64,000 nucleotides of DNA from Asterias rubens (taxonomy: Eukaryota), in the NCBI RefSeq assembly GCF_902459465.1, contig NC_047083.1:3286001-3350000 (forward strand), read 5' to 3'. Below, piece by piece: positions 51,706-63,804 of this stretch. Positions within the stretch are counted from its first letter, which is position 1, and every line of letters starts with the position of its first letter. Below the pieces are notes generated by a model, which saw only the letters and a program-made list of their open reading frames with translations, did no database searches and was not told the origin of the DNA. A program made the position numbers and the translations under genes.

Positions 51706-52083
51706 AGGCAGTGGACACTATTGGTAATTGCTCAAAATAATTACCATCACAAAACCTTTCTTTATTACCAGTAATGGGAGAGGTTTAAAGTATAAAACAT
51801 TGTGAGAAACAGCTCCCTCTGAAGTGACGTAGTTTTCGAGAAAGAAGTCATTTTCCACGAGTTTGATTACGAGACCTCAAGTTTAGAACTTGAGGTCTCG
51901 AAATCAAGCATCAGAAAGTACACAACTTCGTGTGACAAGGGTGTTTTTTTCTTCCATTCATGTCTCGCAACTTGTACAACCGATTGAGCTCAAGTTTTCA
52001 CAGGTTTGTTATTTTATGCATTAGTTGAGCTACACCAAGTGAAAAGACTGGTCTTTGACAATTACCATTAGTGTCCACTGGCT
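51706..52083. mobile_element. Kolobok-type MITE family A
   Basis: TTAA-flanked with terminal inverted repeats. Confidence 0.85.
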
Positions 52084-52124
52084 TTAACAGATCAATCCCT
52101 TCCATCTACATAAAAAAAAAAAAG

Positions 52125-52158
<34 letters not shown>

Positions 52159-53598
52159 AACTGTGCGCACACTTTTATTATCAAGCCGTTCTAGACTTGG
52201 TTCAACACCCCTCCCGAAACTAATAATCTTCCCATGATCCATCGTTAAAAGAGGGCGCACTCTCATCAAAACAGATGTTTCTCAGGGTGATGGGGGTTCA
52301 AGGCTGATGGCGCCCTCTATTGGCAACTCTATCAGCGTGATACATGTATATGCGAGTAAAGCTTTTTGGAAAATCAACAGGAGCGTCTTGAACCAAGACT
52401 AGCATATTGGACGGCTAGCAAGCTTTTAGTGGATTGGGTCCTACTGAACAGTGCAGGATCCAATAATTTTGAAAAGGAATAACATGGAGATAACAGGTGT
52501 TAGTTGCAAGATGAAAGGATGTTTTTATTTAGCTTCTTTCTTCACTGGAGCTTTCCCATGAAGGTACGAACACCATGCCTGACGTACTATTTTAATAATG
52601 CAACCATCATTAAACTAAAGCCAACAGGGCCAAAATTATGGCACTGCTGCTGACGGTTAATATATGTGCTCAGAACCATTGACAAAATAAAATAAAAAAA
52701 ACATGATAAAGAGAGTGCTGTGGCACATAATTTGTAGCGCCATGAATTGGTGCTCAGTTTTACAAAGACAAAGAGTAAAATACGTAAAATTACATTAAAA
52801 ACATCAATACTTATTATAACATGAATATTAATACATAAACTGTAGCATTTCTACTGTGTGCAGTGCGAGTCGTATGACAAAAAGGCAGGAGATGCAATTC
52901 ATTATACATGTAATAACTTCATTTTAGCTTGTTACAAAACAAATGAGCTATTTTTCATGCATGTCTGGAAATTTACACTCAGCAGCCAGTGATTTAGCGC
53001 GAGGCCAGTGAACTTAAAGACCGGACAACTCAGGAGTTCTTGTGTTATTGAGTAATAATACCCAACACCCATTTTCAATTGATCTACTCACTGTGTTTCT
53101 AGTCTTGTGAAGGCTTTGAGCTACAAAGCCCTGCAGTTTTGTGGTTGTTTTTCCCAAGTTCAAGCCTTGCCATAACACATTGTATACTTTGTACCTATGC
53201 ATTTTGTATCATTGATGCAAAACATGTGCCATGGCAGCGAAAAGGGGAGGATGGTTAAAAGCCAAAATATTTAAGTAAAAGGGGCTGTGTTATCATGATA
53301 AAAGCAGGCCAGTGGAGGAACATAGAATTTGATGAATTATCAGTCCGCTACTGCATGCACTTGCTCTCCCTCAGTACCAAATCTACGGAGGGTAAGCGCT
53401 GAATTCTGGTGATCGTAAGCGCAGAATTCAGCGTTAAGCAGAGCCATGAAATTGGGCACTGTTATGATCCTGACAGGACAGCCCCTTTAAATTGCTTTAA
53501 ACATCTTGCTTTATCGCTGATTAATCTTTTGATGTGAATCTATCAATGAACACATTTCCTCTAAAGCGCTGGGTCACCTAGTCTCACGTTCAAGCAGT

Positions 53599-56500
53599 CT
53601 AATCACGATCGTATGAGTCTCTTCTTGGAGCTGGACTGTGGTATGACCTGGAACGGCTGGAATGAAGGCAGGTACAAACAGTACGCATAAATTTTCATTG
53701 AAACCTTTAAACCTTTTTTTTCTCCAGTAAACTTGGAGGCAACCAACTGCGCTCCATGCAAAAGGAACACTTGGAATATTTCAATGTATGCATCAGTTCA
53801 CCTCTAATGATATTACATAATCCTTTAATCCTTAGGTCCAAAGACATCGCTCCACCAGGCAATGCACCTCAATGGAAAGCACAATTATAGAACAATAGAC
53901 CCATCTATGAAACATACTAATTACATTCACGCATACATACAGACCCTATTGGTTGGCAAACGCCAAAGAGATATGCACTCAGCAGAGGGGGGGGGGGGGG
54001 GGTCCAGGGGGGTCCCAAGAGCCATGTTTTTTACACTTAAGCCAAATATTGTACATGCTTTCATGGATGTGTACAAGTTATGGGATTCTAGGTGTACATG
54101 TATATGTATTTGGAATTGCTGTAACGTCGATTATGCACGCACAAGCCAATTTCCTGCTAACCGGTGAAATATGCAAGCTGAAACGCAGAATTTCCTGCTT
54201 CCGCAAGCAACGACTATTTGCTTACGGTAAGCAGAGCCATGAGATTGGGCCCAGATGTTTTACCAAGTCTATGTATACATGAGTGTTGGGAAAAACTAAA
54301 TCATGGATTTACAACCTACCTTCGGCTTCGGCTGCGACTACGGCTACGGGAACGATAACTCTTGTAGGAATTATTGCGACGAGTGTCGTAGGGGGACCTG
54401 CAAAAAGACAAAGAGGTACATTATATTCCAACAAAAAAATTATAATAATATTATTGAGAAACAAGGGATCAAATTATGAAAAAGGGTTTTGAGTCACTCT
54501 CGTTATTCAAATTTTTTTTCTAGCTGAGCAGCATTGAGAAGGGAACCGGTCAGAAAAGATTGTACATTTACATGACATTATGGCTGGTGACTTGAAGGAT
54601 TTTGGTACTTTTTCAAAATGTTCACAGATTTGCATTAAACTAACAGGGTTTAAAGATAATGATATTGGAAAGCTTCAAATATTATTTACTAAGGTTCGGT
54701 AGGAAAGAAATTTGTTTTACTCATTTCTCAAAAACTACAGCACCTCAGAAAGTAAAATTTCAAGTGAAGCTTTCTACTATCATTATCTTCAAACTGTGTA
54801 AGTTTAATGTTAATCTGTGGACACTGTGTTTTGTGTTAGGAAAAAGTGCATGACCCTTTAAAGACGATGCTCAGCAACAATTTTCTGTACTTAGCAAGTT
54901 TGTGTGCTTTGCCAGCTCTATGAAACTGACCCCAGGACAAGAACAAAGCTAAGTTATAGAAACAAAACTTTATTAAAAAGGAAGTGAAAGGTCACATTCA
55001 ATAACATTATGTACGCATTCCAATGTCTGCATGGAAGTGCATGGACAAATTTACAAATCTCTAGCTTCATATCATTAAACATACACCTCTTCGCAAATAC
55101 CCATTATGTCATCGCTAACTGTTGAATGAGGTGCATGCTGGTCTAGCTAGGGATCAAACTTAATTGCAAGCTAGACCAGCATGCACATCGTTCCACACCT
55201 ACCGCATTTGTACCAAGTATTTGCGATAAGGTTTATGGTCTAAATTGCCATGTGTATTCAATACCCTCCCAGTGCAAATAATATGGTCTCATCCAAAAAA
55301 TCTTGTTTAATTCTGAGTATAAAATAGGTTTTACACCAATATGTGATACAAATATATCTTTTTTTTTTTAATTAGAAATGTTTGATTACTCAACACTTTC
55401 ACTACCAATTTCTTAATATTCTTTTACACATTCCCGATGAGCGTACCTTACAGTGAGAGCTCATGTAGCAAATACTAAATATCTGCCTCGCAAAGTTGTG
55501 GTAGCCTAGCAGAAAAACCAGAATGCTAGAGGCAAGTAAACTGAGCACCTCGCAGATGTACGCACTTGCGGAAACTAGACGAGTCTGAATGTCTCGCAGT
55601 AAAGCTATCTTAGGCTACTGGTTTGCACTAGATGTGTGATATAACTTGTGGATAGCTTGTGGACAACTAGCATAAACTGGATAGCTTGATGTTGTTGAGT
55701 AGCAAAGGCTAGTGGTTTGAACTAGATGGGAGATATAACTTGTGGATAACTTGTGGGCAAATAGCAGATATTGTTTAGCTTGCCGAGTAGCATAGGCTAG
55801 TGGTTTGAACTTGATGATTGACATGATCTGTGGTAACTTGTGGACAACTAGCAGAAAACGGATAGGTTGCCGAGTAGCAAAGGCTAGTGGTTTGAACTAG
55901 GTGGGTGATACAACTTGTGGACAAATAGCGGAAACCAGATAGTTTGCTGTTGTTCGGTAGCGAAGGCTAGTGGTTTGAACTGGATGGACGAGATAACTCG
56001 TGGACATAATAGCAGAAACCGGATAGCTTTCTGAGCAGCAGAGGCTAGTGGTTTGAACCAGTGGGTTGTCCTAACTTGCCGATACATGAATACATGTAGC
56101 TAGTCGCAGTATTTTACGGCCGCAATGAGAAAGCTTGCAGGAATCAATTCCCCTGCTTAAGAGTTAGTTACGATATCCTGCAAATTAAAGTAAAATAGGT
56201 AGATTTAAGTGTATACAATCATTTAACTAATTGCGGTTTTACCATCCTTGCAGGTAAAACACAAACTAAAAATACTTTGAGATTGAATTGAAGGCCAGTG
56301 ATTTTAGCGTTGTCCCATCTGGTGGTCGACTGATTTAAAATGCAAACAAAAAAGACAAGATCAAAGGAGAGAAAGAGTAATTAGTGAATGAGGCAGGCTA
56401 AAATGGGGGATATCTGTGAAATAAATGCAGGCCGGATACTTCATGGAGGCAAAGAAGGCGATTGCCTCCATGCCCCCTTGTCATTATCTTGGGGCCCTTG

Positions 56501-57512
56501 AAAAGCTCCAGAAGAAATTTAAGATTTCCTCGTAGGGTGCCCTTTACCAAGATGCCTTTGCCCTTCTAAAAACAGGGCATTACACGCTGAAAATGCATCA
56601 TTTAATTAAAGATTACCTGGAGCGAGATCGTCTACGCTTGTCGTGAGAGTTGTGCGGGCAATCTCGTGCATAATGGCCACGTTTGCCGCACTCGTAGCAT
56701 TTATCATCGTTGAAAGAACGACGCTGCTGGAAACGACTGCCGCCACCACGGTCACCACTGTAACTGTAACCGCCACCACCACCACTTGAACGTCTACTGC
56801 CGCCCCCCCTTTCACGATCACGGCCACGACGTTTTTCACCGGTAGCATGCTCGACCTCAATACGTCTCCCACAGAGAGAACTGTTGTTGAATAAAATAAA
56901 ATGTATCTTTATAAGCACTGGAGACTTTTGGTAAACACTTAAAATAACTGTTAGCATAAAAACTCACTCAGTAACCAGCAATGGAGAGCTGTAATAGCAT
57001 AAAACATTGCGGGAAAGAAGTAATTTCTAACTTAAGTATTTAAAAATATGTTTACGATCTAAAAACAATTTTCTCTTTATAGAGACAACATTTATATTCA
57101 TTGCCTTTTTTCAAATTTCTCAAAAACTACAGCACCTGGGCAACCAATATTTCATGGGAAGCTTTCTACCATCATTATCTTCAAACCAAGCAAGTTTAAC
57201 GACAATCTTTGGCCATAGTGTTTTGTGTCCTACAAAAAGTTCTCATAACCCATTGACACTAATTCTTTGTCAATGATATAAACATTATGGGGTCTGAACA
57301 TACGTGTCATTGAGTCCTCTGATGGCTTGGCTGGCATCCCCAGGGTTTTCAAATTCGACGAAGGCAAAGCCTGGCGGATTCCTAGCGACCCAAACATTTG
57401 TCAATGCTCCGTAGGTACTGAATGAATCTTCGATGTCACGGCGATTGGCATCGTCTCCAAGGTTACCAACGTACACCTTGCAGGAAAGCGTTGAATCTCC
57501 ATAGCGTGACAT
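53599..57512 (-). CDS. SRSF7: Serine/arginine-rich splicing factor 7-like (RRM + CCHC Zn knuckle + RS domain)
   Basis: Exons 57304-57512, 56617-56880, 54320-54397, 53599-53656; all introns phase 2. [49 protein letters not shown]. An acceptor at 57526 before the ATG implies an upstream non-coding exon (donor AAG/GTAAGG at 59109). Confidence 0.92.
55447..56329 (-). other. Candidate poison (premature-stop) cassette exon in SRSF7-like intron 2
   Basis: CTAAT branch point, long pyrimidine tract and CAG acceptor at 56330; an in-frame TAG follows after about 21 codons. A second acceptor at 56178 gives an immediate TAA. Donor AAG/GTACGC at 55447. Confidence 0.55.
55611..56060 (-). repeat. Six degenerate 78-94 nt units with core GTTCAAACCACTAGCC and a repeated TCCACAAGTT motif
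   Basis: Cores begin (+ strand) at about 55613, 55707, 55795, 55882, 55965 and 56043. Confidence 0.85.
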
Positions 57513-57960
57513 AGTGAAGGAATCTCTGCAATGCAAATAACAAGAGGGTTAAAAAGTACCAATCATTGACATCTTGGGCCAAGACAAATAAATGTGAAAA
57601 AGCAAGATGGCGGCCGACGGTTTTGCTGTTTCGAGATAATTTTTTCATGAGAAAAAAACTTAATTTTTATTCCTAAATATGACCTAAAACTTTCGCAAAT
57701 TATCTTTGAACTGATATTTTACATGCTTCTTTTGTGGATTTTAAATGTATATTGGAGGAGTTGACGGCGAGTTGACAGCGCAAGTGAGTTGACGGCGAGT
57801 TGACGGCAAGTAGTAGGACCCCAAGTGTGGCTAAGGACGGTCGCAATAAATACCGACAATTCACGACCCCTCACGACAACTCACGACAACAATGTTTAAA
57901 TGCACTTTAACAAAACATTTGAACATAAGTCAACCGTTAAATATATACACAAGAGTCATA

Positions 57961-58447
57961 TGCATCTAAATCACTTTTAAACTGTTGAAAATTTTGTTCT
58001 TTTAACTGTAAAAAAGGTGTTTTTTACCCCGAATTTAGTAGCAAACGGAAATATTCGCCATGTTGTCTTCCGACGTACTTGGACGATTCTATAACACCGC
58101 AGGGGGCATGGGTAATTTCTGAGGGCTGAGTTGTATTTTTTCTTTTTGGTTTTAGCTGCTGTTTTTTTTCTTTCTTGTTAGTAACTAAGCAGACACTCTG
58201 GAATTCAATAAAAGGGAAGATTTAAATATAGTATTTTTAAAAACTCTATGGGGACTATGAGAGGCACATAAAATGGTAAATAATCATCTTGCATATGGTA
58301 TCACCCCTGCGGTGTAATGAAATCGTCCAATTACGTCGAAAGACAACATGGCGGATATTTCCGTTTGCTACTAAATTCGGGTAAAAAACACCTTTTTTAC
58401 AGTTAAAAATACAAATTTTTCAACAGTTTGAAAGTGATTTGGGTGCA
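57961..58447. repeat. Long inverted repeat (~145-bp arms, ~200-bp spacer), MITE-like
   Basis: 57961-58105 is the reverse complement of about 58304-58447. Confidence 0.85.
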
Positions 58448-59108
58448 TCCAAATTTGTTGGAATCTTAATTAATTATTTATTAACAAAACACAATTCCAG
58501 CTAACCAAAAGGATAACTTTCCATATGGCGCCACGGACAACTTTCCGTATGGCGCCACCACTTTTTCACTCATTTTTACAAAAAGGGATATCTCATTGAG
58601 GTAAATAAGATACTATATTATTTCATATCGAATGAAAAAGTGGTGGCGCCATACGGAAACTTTTCCGCCCGGTTTGAAAAAAAGGGATATCTCATTGAGG
58701 TAAATTAGATACTATTTTTTATTTCATTTTGAATGAAAAAGTGGTGGCGCCATACGGAAACTTTTCCACCCAAAATACACAAAGATTTGTCTATAAATAA
58801 AAAGAAAACCACGATGTAAAAAAGCCACGCTGTAAAAAACCCCAGTCAGGCCTGTTCAAGATCGATAAAAAGCCAAGCGCGCATACGAAGTTGATTTGGC
58901 TTTTTCACATCCAAGTCCAGTTCAGTATTTTGGGCTAGATTTAATGCTTATTTACACAAATTCCAATGATGCTCATCCCTTAATATTTCTTTATTATTAC
59001 GACAACACACTATACTTTTACAATTCAATGGTAAACTATCAAGGTTAAGCTCGTTTCTATCTTTAGAATTATTATAAAATTTTGACTTTTTCGCTGTCTC
59101 GACCTTAC

Positions 59109-59403
59109 CTTTTCCACACAATCTCCAAAGGTCGCGTGTTGTTGAATGGAAAAGAACAGCCGATTGGAACTGGTGTACTAACCAATACTTCGTTCAGTGA
59201 CTGTATTTTGCCTATTCAAAAATCGATGCTGCCGTGCACCAGCTAAATATAATTTTCGATGTTTCTAAGTTGGCCGCTAGAGGGCGGCATTATTTCACAC
59301 AGTATTAGCTACCAGCAACCTGCGTGCGTGTGGACAAGCTTTTTTTCTGGCAGAAAAAGGGGCCGAGTGTTGCCAATATTCTGTTTAATTCAAAGACCGT
59401 GAG
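59109..59403. promoter_or_regulatory. Candidate bidirectional promoter with the two non-coding first exons of the SR genes
   Basis: Outward-facing canonical donors at 59109 (-) and 59403 (+), a CCAAT box at 59163-59167 (-), and a locally GC-richer segment. Transcription start sites are inferred only. Confidence 0.6.
59274..59287 (+). promoter_or_regulatory. CTCF-like motif CCGCTAGAGGGCGG
   Basis: Matches the CTCF core consensus CCRSYAGRKGGCRS; motif match only. Confidence 0.45.
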
Positions 59404-60652
59404 GTGAGTTGAGGAGTTCTGTAGTATTAAAGATATATGATAGAAGGGATTCAGCTACATAAACTAAGCGTAACCATCCCATGAACAGAAATAAAACCAC
59501 TCGTGAACTGCGTGTTTGTGGTGTCACTGTCGGGGGTTTCTCCATCATTGGGCAATTTGGTTAAATTGTGTTCATGGTGCGCAAACCAATTCTGCACAGT
59601 CTTACAATTGCGCAAAAATTTCGGCATTTTACGCATTACATTGCTGTACTATCAGTAAATTGCGCAAAATATTCCTGCACGATAGGCGAATTTTACAAAC
59701 TGGGCACAATTTCGTAAGGTTTATCGCCATTCAGAACCGCAATGCATTGTGGGAAGGCATGTGGGGCAGTTTGCTATGGGGTGTATGTTGTCACGCACGA
59801 CTCGCGCACGCATCATCTATAGACCTTATATGCATTGACGTCATCCAGCTGCCATCTTTGAGGTCAAACGGTGACGAAACAATCAAAACGCACATAGATT
59901 GACCAATGAACAATCTCCTTTTGACCTCAATGCGGGGGCGCCGAACTGAAATGACGTCATGTGCATAAAATAAGGTCTATATCTTTGTCAACCATTGTCA
60001 ACAGCATCTCTTGATATTTTGCTATTTGCGATATCATGGCACTGCTCATCGCCAAATTCTCGGCTTACAAAGTTACATGTACTAACGTCACGATCATCAT
60101 AAAATAGCCGTCATTAATTAACTGCTAAGAAAGGTACAAGCACTAATTTTCTGGATAGCTGGCTGGGGCCGGTGGGTCATTATATGTAGAATGTAGACGC
60201 TGAGGTAGTAAGTAAGCTTGGAACCTTGACATTGCTCCTGCAAAAGTGCTGATTCCTTGCTTTTTATGCTACAGTACAATGAACAGATGGGCCCTGCACT
60301 ATATTATTTAATCTGTAAAGATCGCGCTATTGACCCATTTCACCTGACGTCATCATCAGAATAATCTTGGATGCGCCATTTTGGTGGTCAATGTCACGGT
60401 GTGTTATTCAGTGAAGTGCGCATTTTTAGGTGACGTGGCGTTTACACGTAAGCCTATTGACCACCAACATGGTGAGCGTGGCAGCAGCCGCCGCGTGTGA
60501 CGCGCGTGCAAGGGGTCTTTAGTTTAACTGGGAATTTTGGCTCGTGTTATTACAATACAAAGCAAGCGCCAAAATTCTGTGAGAGCCATGAAAATAAGCA
60601 ATGGCCAAATTTAATACAACATAGTATTCTTTACAGATTTTAAAATTTCGCC

Positions 60653-61710
60653 ATGGGGAGATACAGCAGTGATGACGATAATAATAGTGATGACGAACGG
60701 GAGCGTACTCGCATCTACATTGGTGACATCAACTCGGAGACGACCCGGACCGATCTGGAGAGAATTTTCAAGAAGTTTGGCTCGCTGTTTGAGGTCTGGC
60801 TTGCCCGTTACCCACCGCTGTTTGCGTTTGTCGCCTTCAAGAAAAGGCGAGATGCTGAGGATGCTGTCCGTGAGATGAACGGGGAGTAAGTTGAGAATGT
60901 TATGCCTATGTCTTAATCATAATAATAATAAAAATGGCTTTCTTGTAAAGCGAGCATATCTGTCACTCAGTGGCGATCAAGGTGCTTTAATATACAGTAC
61001 TTTCCTGCTTCATACAACACAGTACATGGCACCATGTGATGGTTTACAAGGTGCTGGGGCGCAACATGCTGCCAATTAAACCAGGAACACCAGGGCCAAC
61101 CCCTGACGTCTCTTTTCGATAAGTGCACTGCCATCAATTTCACCAAACTCTTCCTAACTAAAGATGAATCTTACATGTAGGACTTAGGACAAGCTTATTT
61201 CCGTATCCATGTTGGGACACAATGGACCCATCCTAAGTAAGAACGAGTTACTCGTCCTAACTCGAGATAGGATTAATCCTAGCACTTCGTGAAACAAATG
61301 GGCTGCTGGGCTACACAACACACGGGACCAACGGCTTTACAGGCCAACTCAAGGATGAAGCATCATGGTTAAGTTTCTTGGTTAAGGACACAAGTGTCAC
61401 GACTGGGCCGAACCCACACTCTGCTGATCAGACTTTTCTGAGAGAGGGTTTTACAATGGATTTTATTGCTTTGATGAAATCAACCCAAGTGCCTTTTAAA
61501 ACGTCCTCTGTTTTCTCCTACACCCCTCAGAACAATTAATGGGAGTCGAGTACAGGTCAATATCGCTCGTCCTCGTAACCGCGGACGGACCAGCTTTGGT
61601 CGTTCTAGTTTCCACGATCCGGAGATCCGATGCTACCACTGTCAGGAACGAGGGCATATCGCTCGCCATTGCACCAAATTCACATCCGGGTATCGGCGCC
61701 ATTTCAGCAG
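60653..61710 (+). CDS. Second SRSF3/SRSF7-family (Rsf1-like) RRM + Zn-knuckle protein; 3' exons lie beyond the window
   Basis: Exons 60653-60885 (TRIYIGDI..VWLARYPPLFAFVAF..DAEDAVREMNG) and 61531-61710 (SRVQVNIARPR..CYHCQERGHIARHC). Intron positions and phases match the SRSF7-like gene. Acceptor at 60636 before the ATG; non-coding exon donor GAG/GTGAGT at 59403. Confidence 0.88.
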
Positions 61711-62868
61711 GTATGTACACGTGTACCTTGTATGGCCTTATAGTATTACATTATTCAGTTGTTCACCTTGAGAGTAAACTTGAAGAGTCTGGGTACTGTT
61801 TGTAGAACACAAAACACAGTGTCCACAGATTCACATTAAAGGGTCTATGTAACTTTTGTAGGACAAAAAAACACAATGTCCACAGATTTACACTAAACTA
61901 ACACAGTTTGAAGATAATGATAGTAGAAAGCTTCCCTGAAAATATTACATGCTGAGGTGCTGTAGTGTTTGGGAAATGAGTAAAACCATGTCATGAAAAT
62001 AATTTTCGTCTCATGAGACGAAAATTATTTTAATCATTTACAAACGGAATTTCATGACATTGTTTTACTCATTTCTCAAAAACTACAGCACCTCAGTAAG
62101 TAATATTTGAAGGGAAGCTTTCCACTATCAATTTCCACTATCAGTAACTTCAGAGGGAGCCGTTTCTCACAATGATTTACTATCAACAGCTCCCCATTAC
62201 TCGTTAAACAAGTAAGGTTTTATGCTAATATTTATTTTGAGTAATTACCAGTAGTGTCCACTGCCTTTAAACTCACACAGTTTGAAAATGATGATGGTGG
62301 AAAGCTTCCCTTAAAATATTACTTACTGAGGTGCTGTAGTTTTTGAGAAATGAGGAAAACAAGTCACGCAAATAATGTTTGTACTTAAAGATGAAAATTA
62401 CTTTGCATGTAGAACATAATATTTTCGTACCATTGTTTTACTCATTTCTCAAAAAAATACAGCACTTCGGCTAGGAATGATTCAAGGTAAGCTATCTACT
62501 ACCATTATCTTCAAAGGGGTATAAGTATAATGTAAATTAATGTGTGGACGTGTTTTGTGTTACAAAAAGTACCCAAATCCTTTAAATAAACCCATCATGC
62601 GAATCCAATATGTTCAATCCATAGCAAAGTTTGTCAAAATTTAAACATTTGCACCATTTGATGGCAATTTACACCATTTGATGATACATGTACGTTATCA
62701 CGATCAAGTACATGTAGGTAGACCCTTGCAGGTTTTACATTCACAAGATTTCGGGTTTGAATCGTACCAAGCATACGCTGATTTCACAATGACTTGAACA
62801 AGTAATGCTGTCTAGTTTCTGAATCACAATCTAATGCACTAGATACAGTAGTCAGAAATAGACTTTAA

Positions 62869-63187
62869 AGCCATTATACACTTTTGGTAAACAGTATTGT
62901 CCAAGTCCCACACTTCGTGTATCACAACTTGTATATAAAACAACAAACCTGTGAAAATTTAGGCTCAATCAGTCATCGGTGTCGGGAGAAAATAACGGGA
63001 AAACCCACTCTTGTTTCCGCGCGTTTCGCCGTGTCATGACATGTGTTTAAAATAAATCTGTAATTCTCGCTAACGAGAATTTAAATTGTTTTAAAGTATT
63101 TCACCATTACCTTCTGTAAACCCTGTAAACTATTTGTACATCTGTGAACTTTTTTTGTTTTTTCTGTACCGAAAGGGTCCAATGGCT
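62869..63187. mobile_element. Kolobok-type MITE family E (TIR AGCCATTGGACAC); other copies at ~18030-18390 and ~50472-50825
   Basis: TTAA-flanked with shared internal sequence. Confidence 0.85.
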
Positions 63188-63525
63188 TTAAATCTTTGTT
63201 TATTGTAATGTATAAGAGTGATTACCAGCTTGGCGTTTGTGTCCCCCTGTACATTTTGGTGCTTTGCCAAGTTCCCTTGTTGGAAAGAGCACCTAGACAC
63301 AAACACAAAAATCAAAACAAAATACACACTGTACTACCAAAGGGTTTGGGACTAAGGTACAACACCTACATGTACATGTACGTAACTGTCTTTTTGTTGA
63401 ATAATTATAACAGGCTTACATAATACGTGTCATGTTTCATACCTTGCTTTTTCCATAGCAAATATTTTGAAGTGACCTTAATTTATATTTTCATAAATGC
63501 TGATATTTTATACATAATTTTATAG

Positions 63526-63804
63526 GCTGGTGTGTGGGCTTTTTGTTGATGGTAACCAATGGCAACGGTGTGAGTGGATATTTGGGAAAATATGTAAAAA
63601 GTGGCCGGCCATGTTAAGAGTGTGGGTATGGTGACCCAAAGTAGTATGGTGATTCTGATTGGTAGAATCAGCCACGAGAGGTTAGTTCTCCACTGTGATT
63701 GGTTGGGAGCTAAGGACGAGCCCTGTGATTGGTTGGTTGTGTGTTGGGAGTCTTGTTCCCCCGCGGTGATCTTTTTGCAAAGAGTGTGTGTTTAAAAACT
63801 GATG
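63526..63804 (+). other. Candidate GU-rich poison cassette exon of the Rsf1-like gene
   Basis: Acceptor TTTTATAG/ at 63525, in-frame TGA at 63632-63634, donor ATG/GTAAGT at 63804. Base composition shifts at both edges. Confidence 0.55.

Noticed and set aside
55611-56087. Coding potential of the SRSF7 intronic repeat (ORFs 55615-55824 and 55884-56087)
   Set aside because: Unit lengths of 78-94 nt do not keep frame, stops are frequent, and there is no RS-like composition.
57598-57625. YY1-like motif CAAGATGGCGGC as evidence of an antisense promoter
   Set aside because: A single short motif that recurs elsewhere in the window, often within repeats, with no other support.
63526-63804. Direct RNA-RNA pairing between the CA-rich and GU-rich candidate poison exons
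   Set aside because: The compositions are complementary, but I found no extended exact complementarity by eye.
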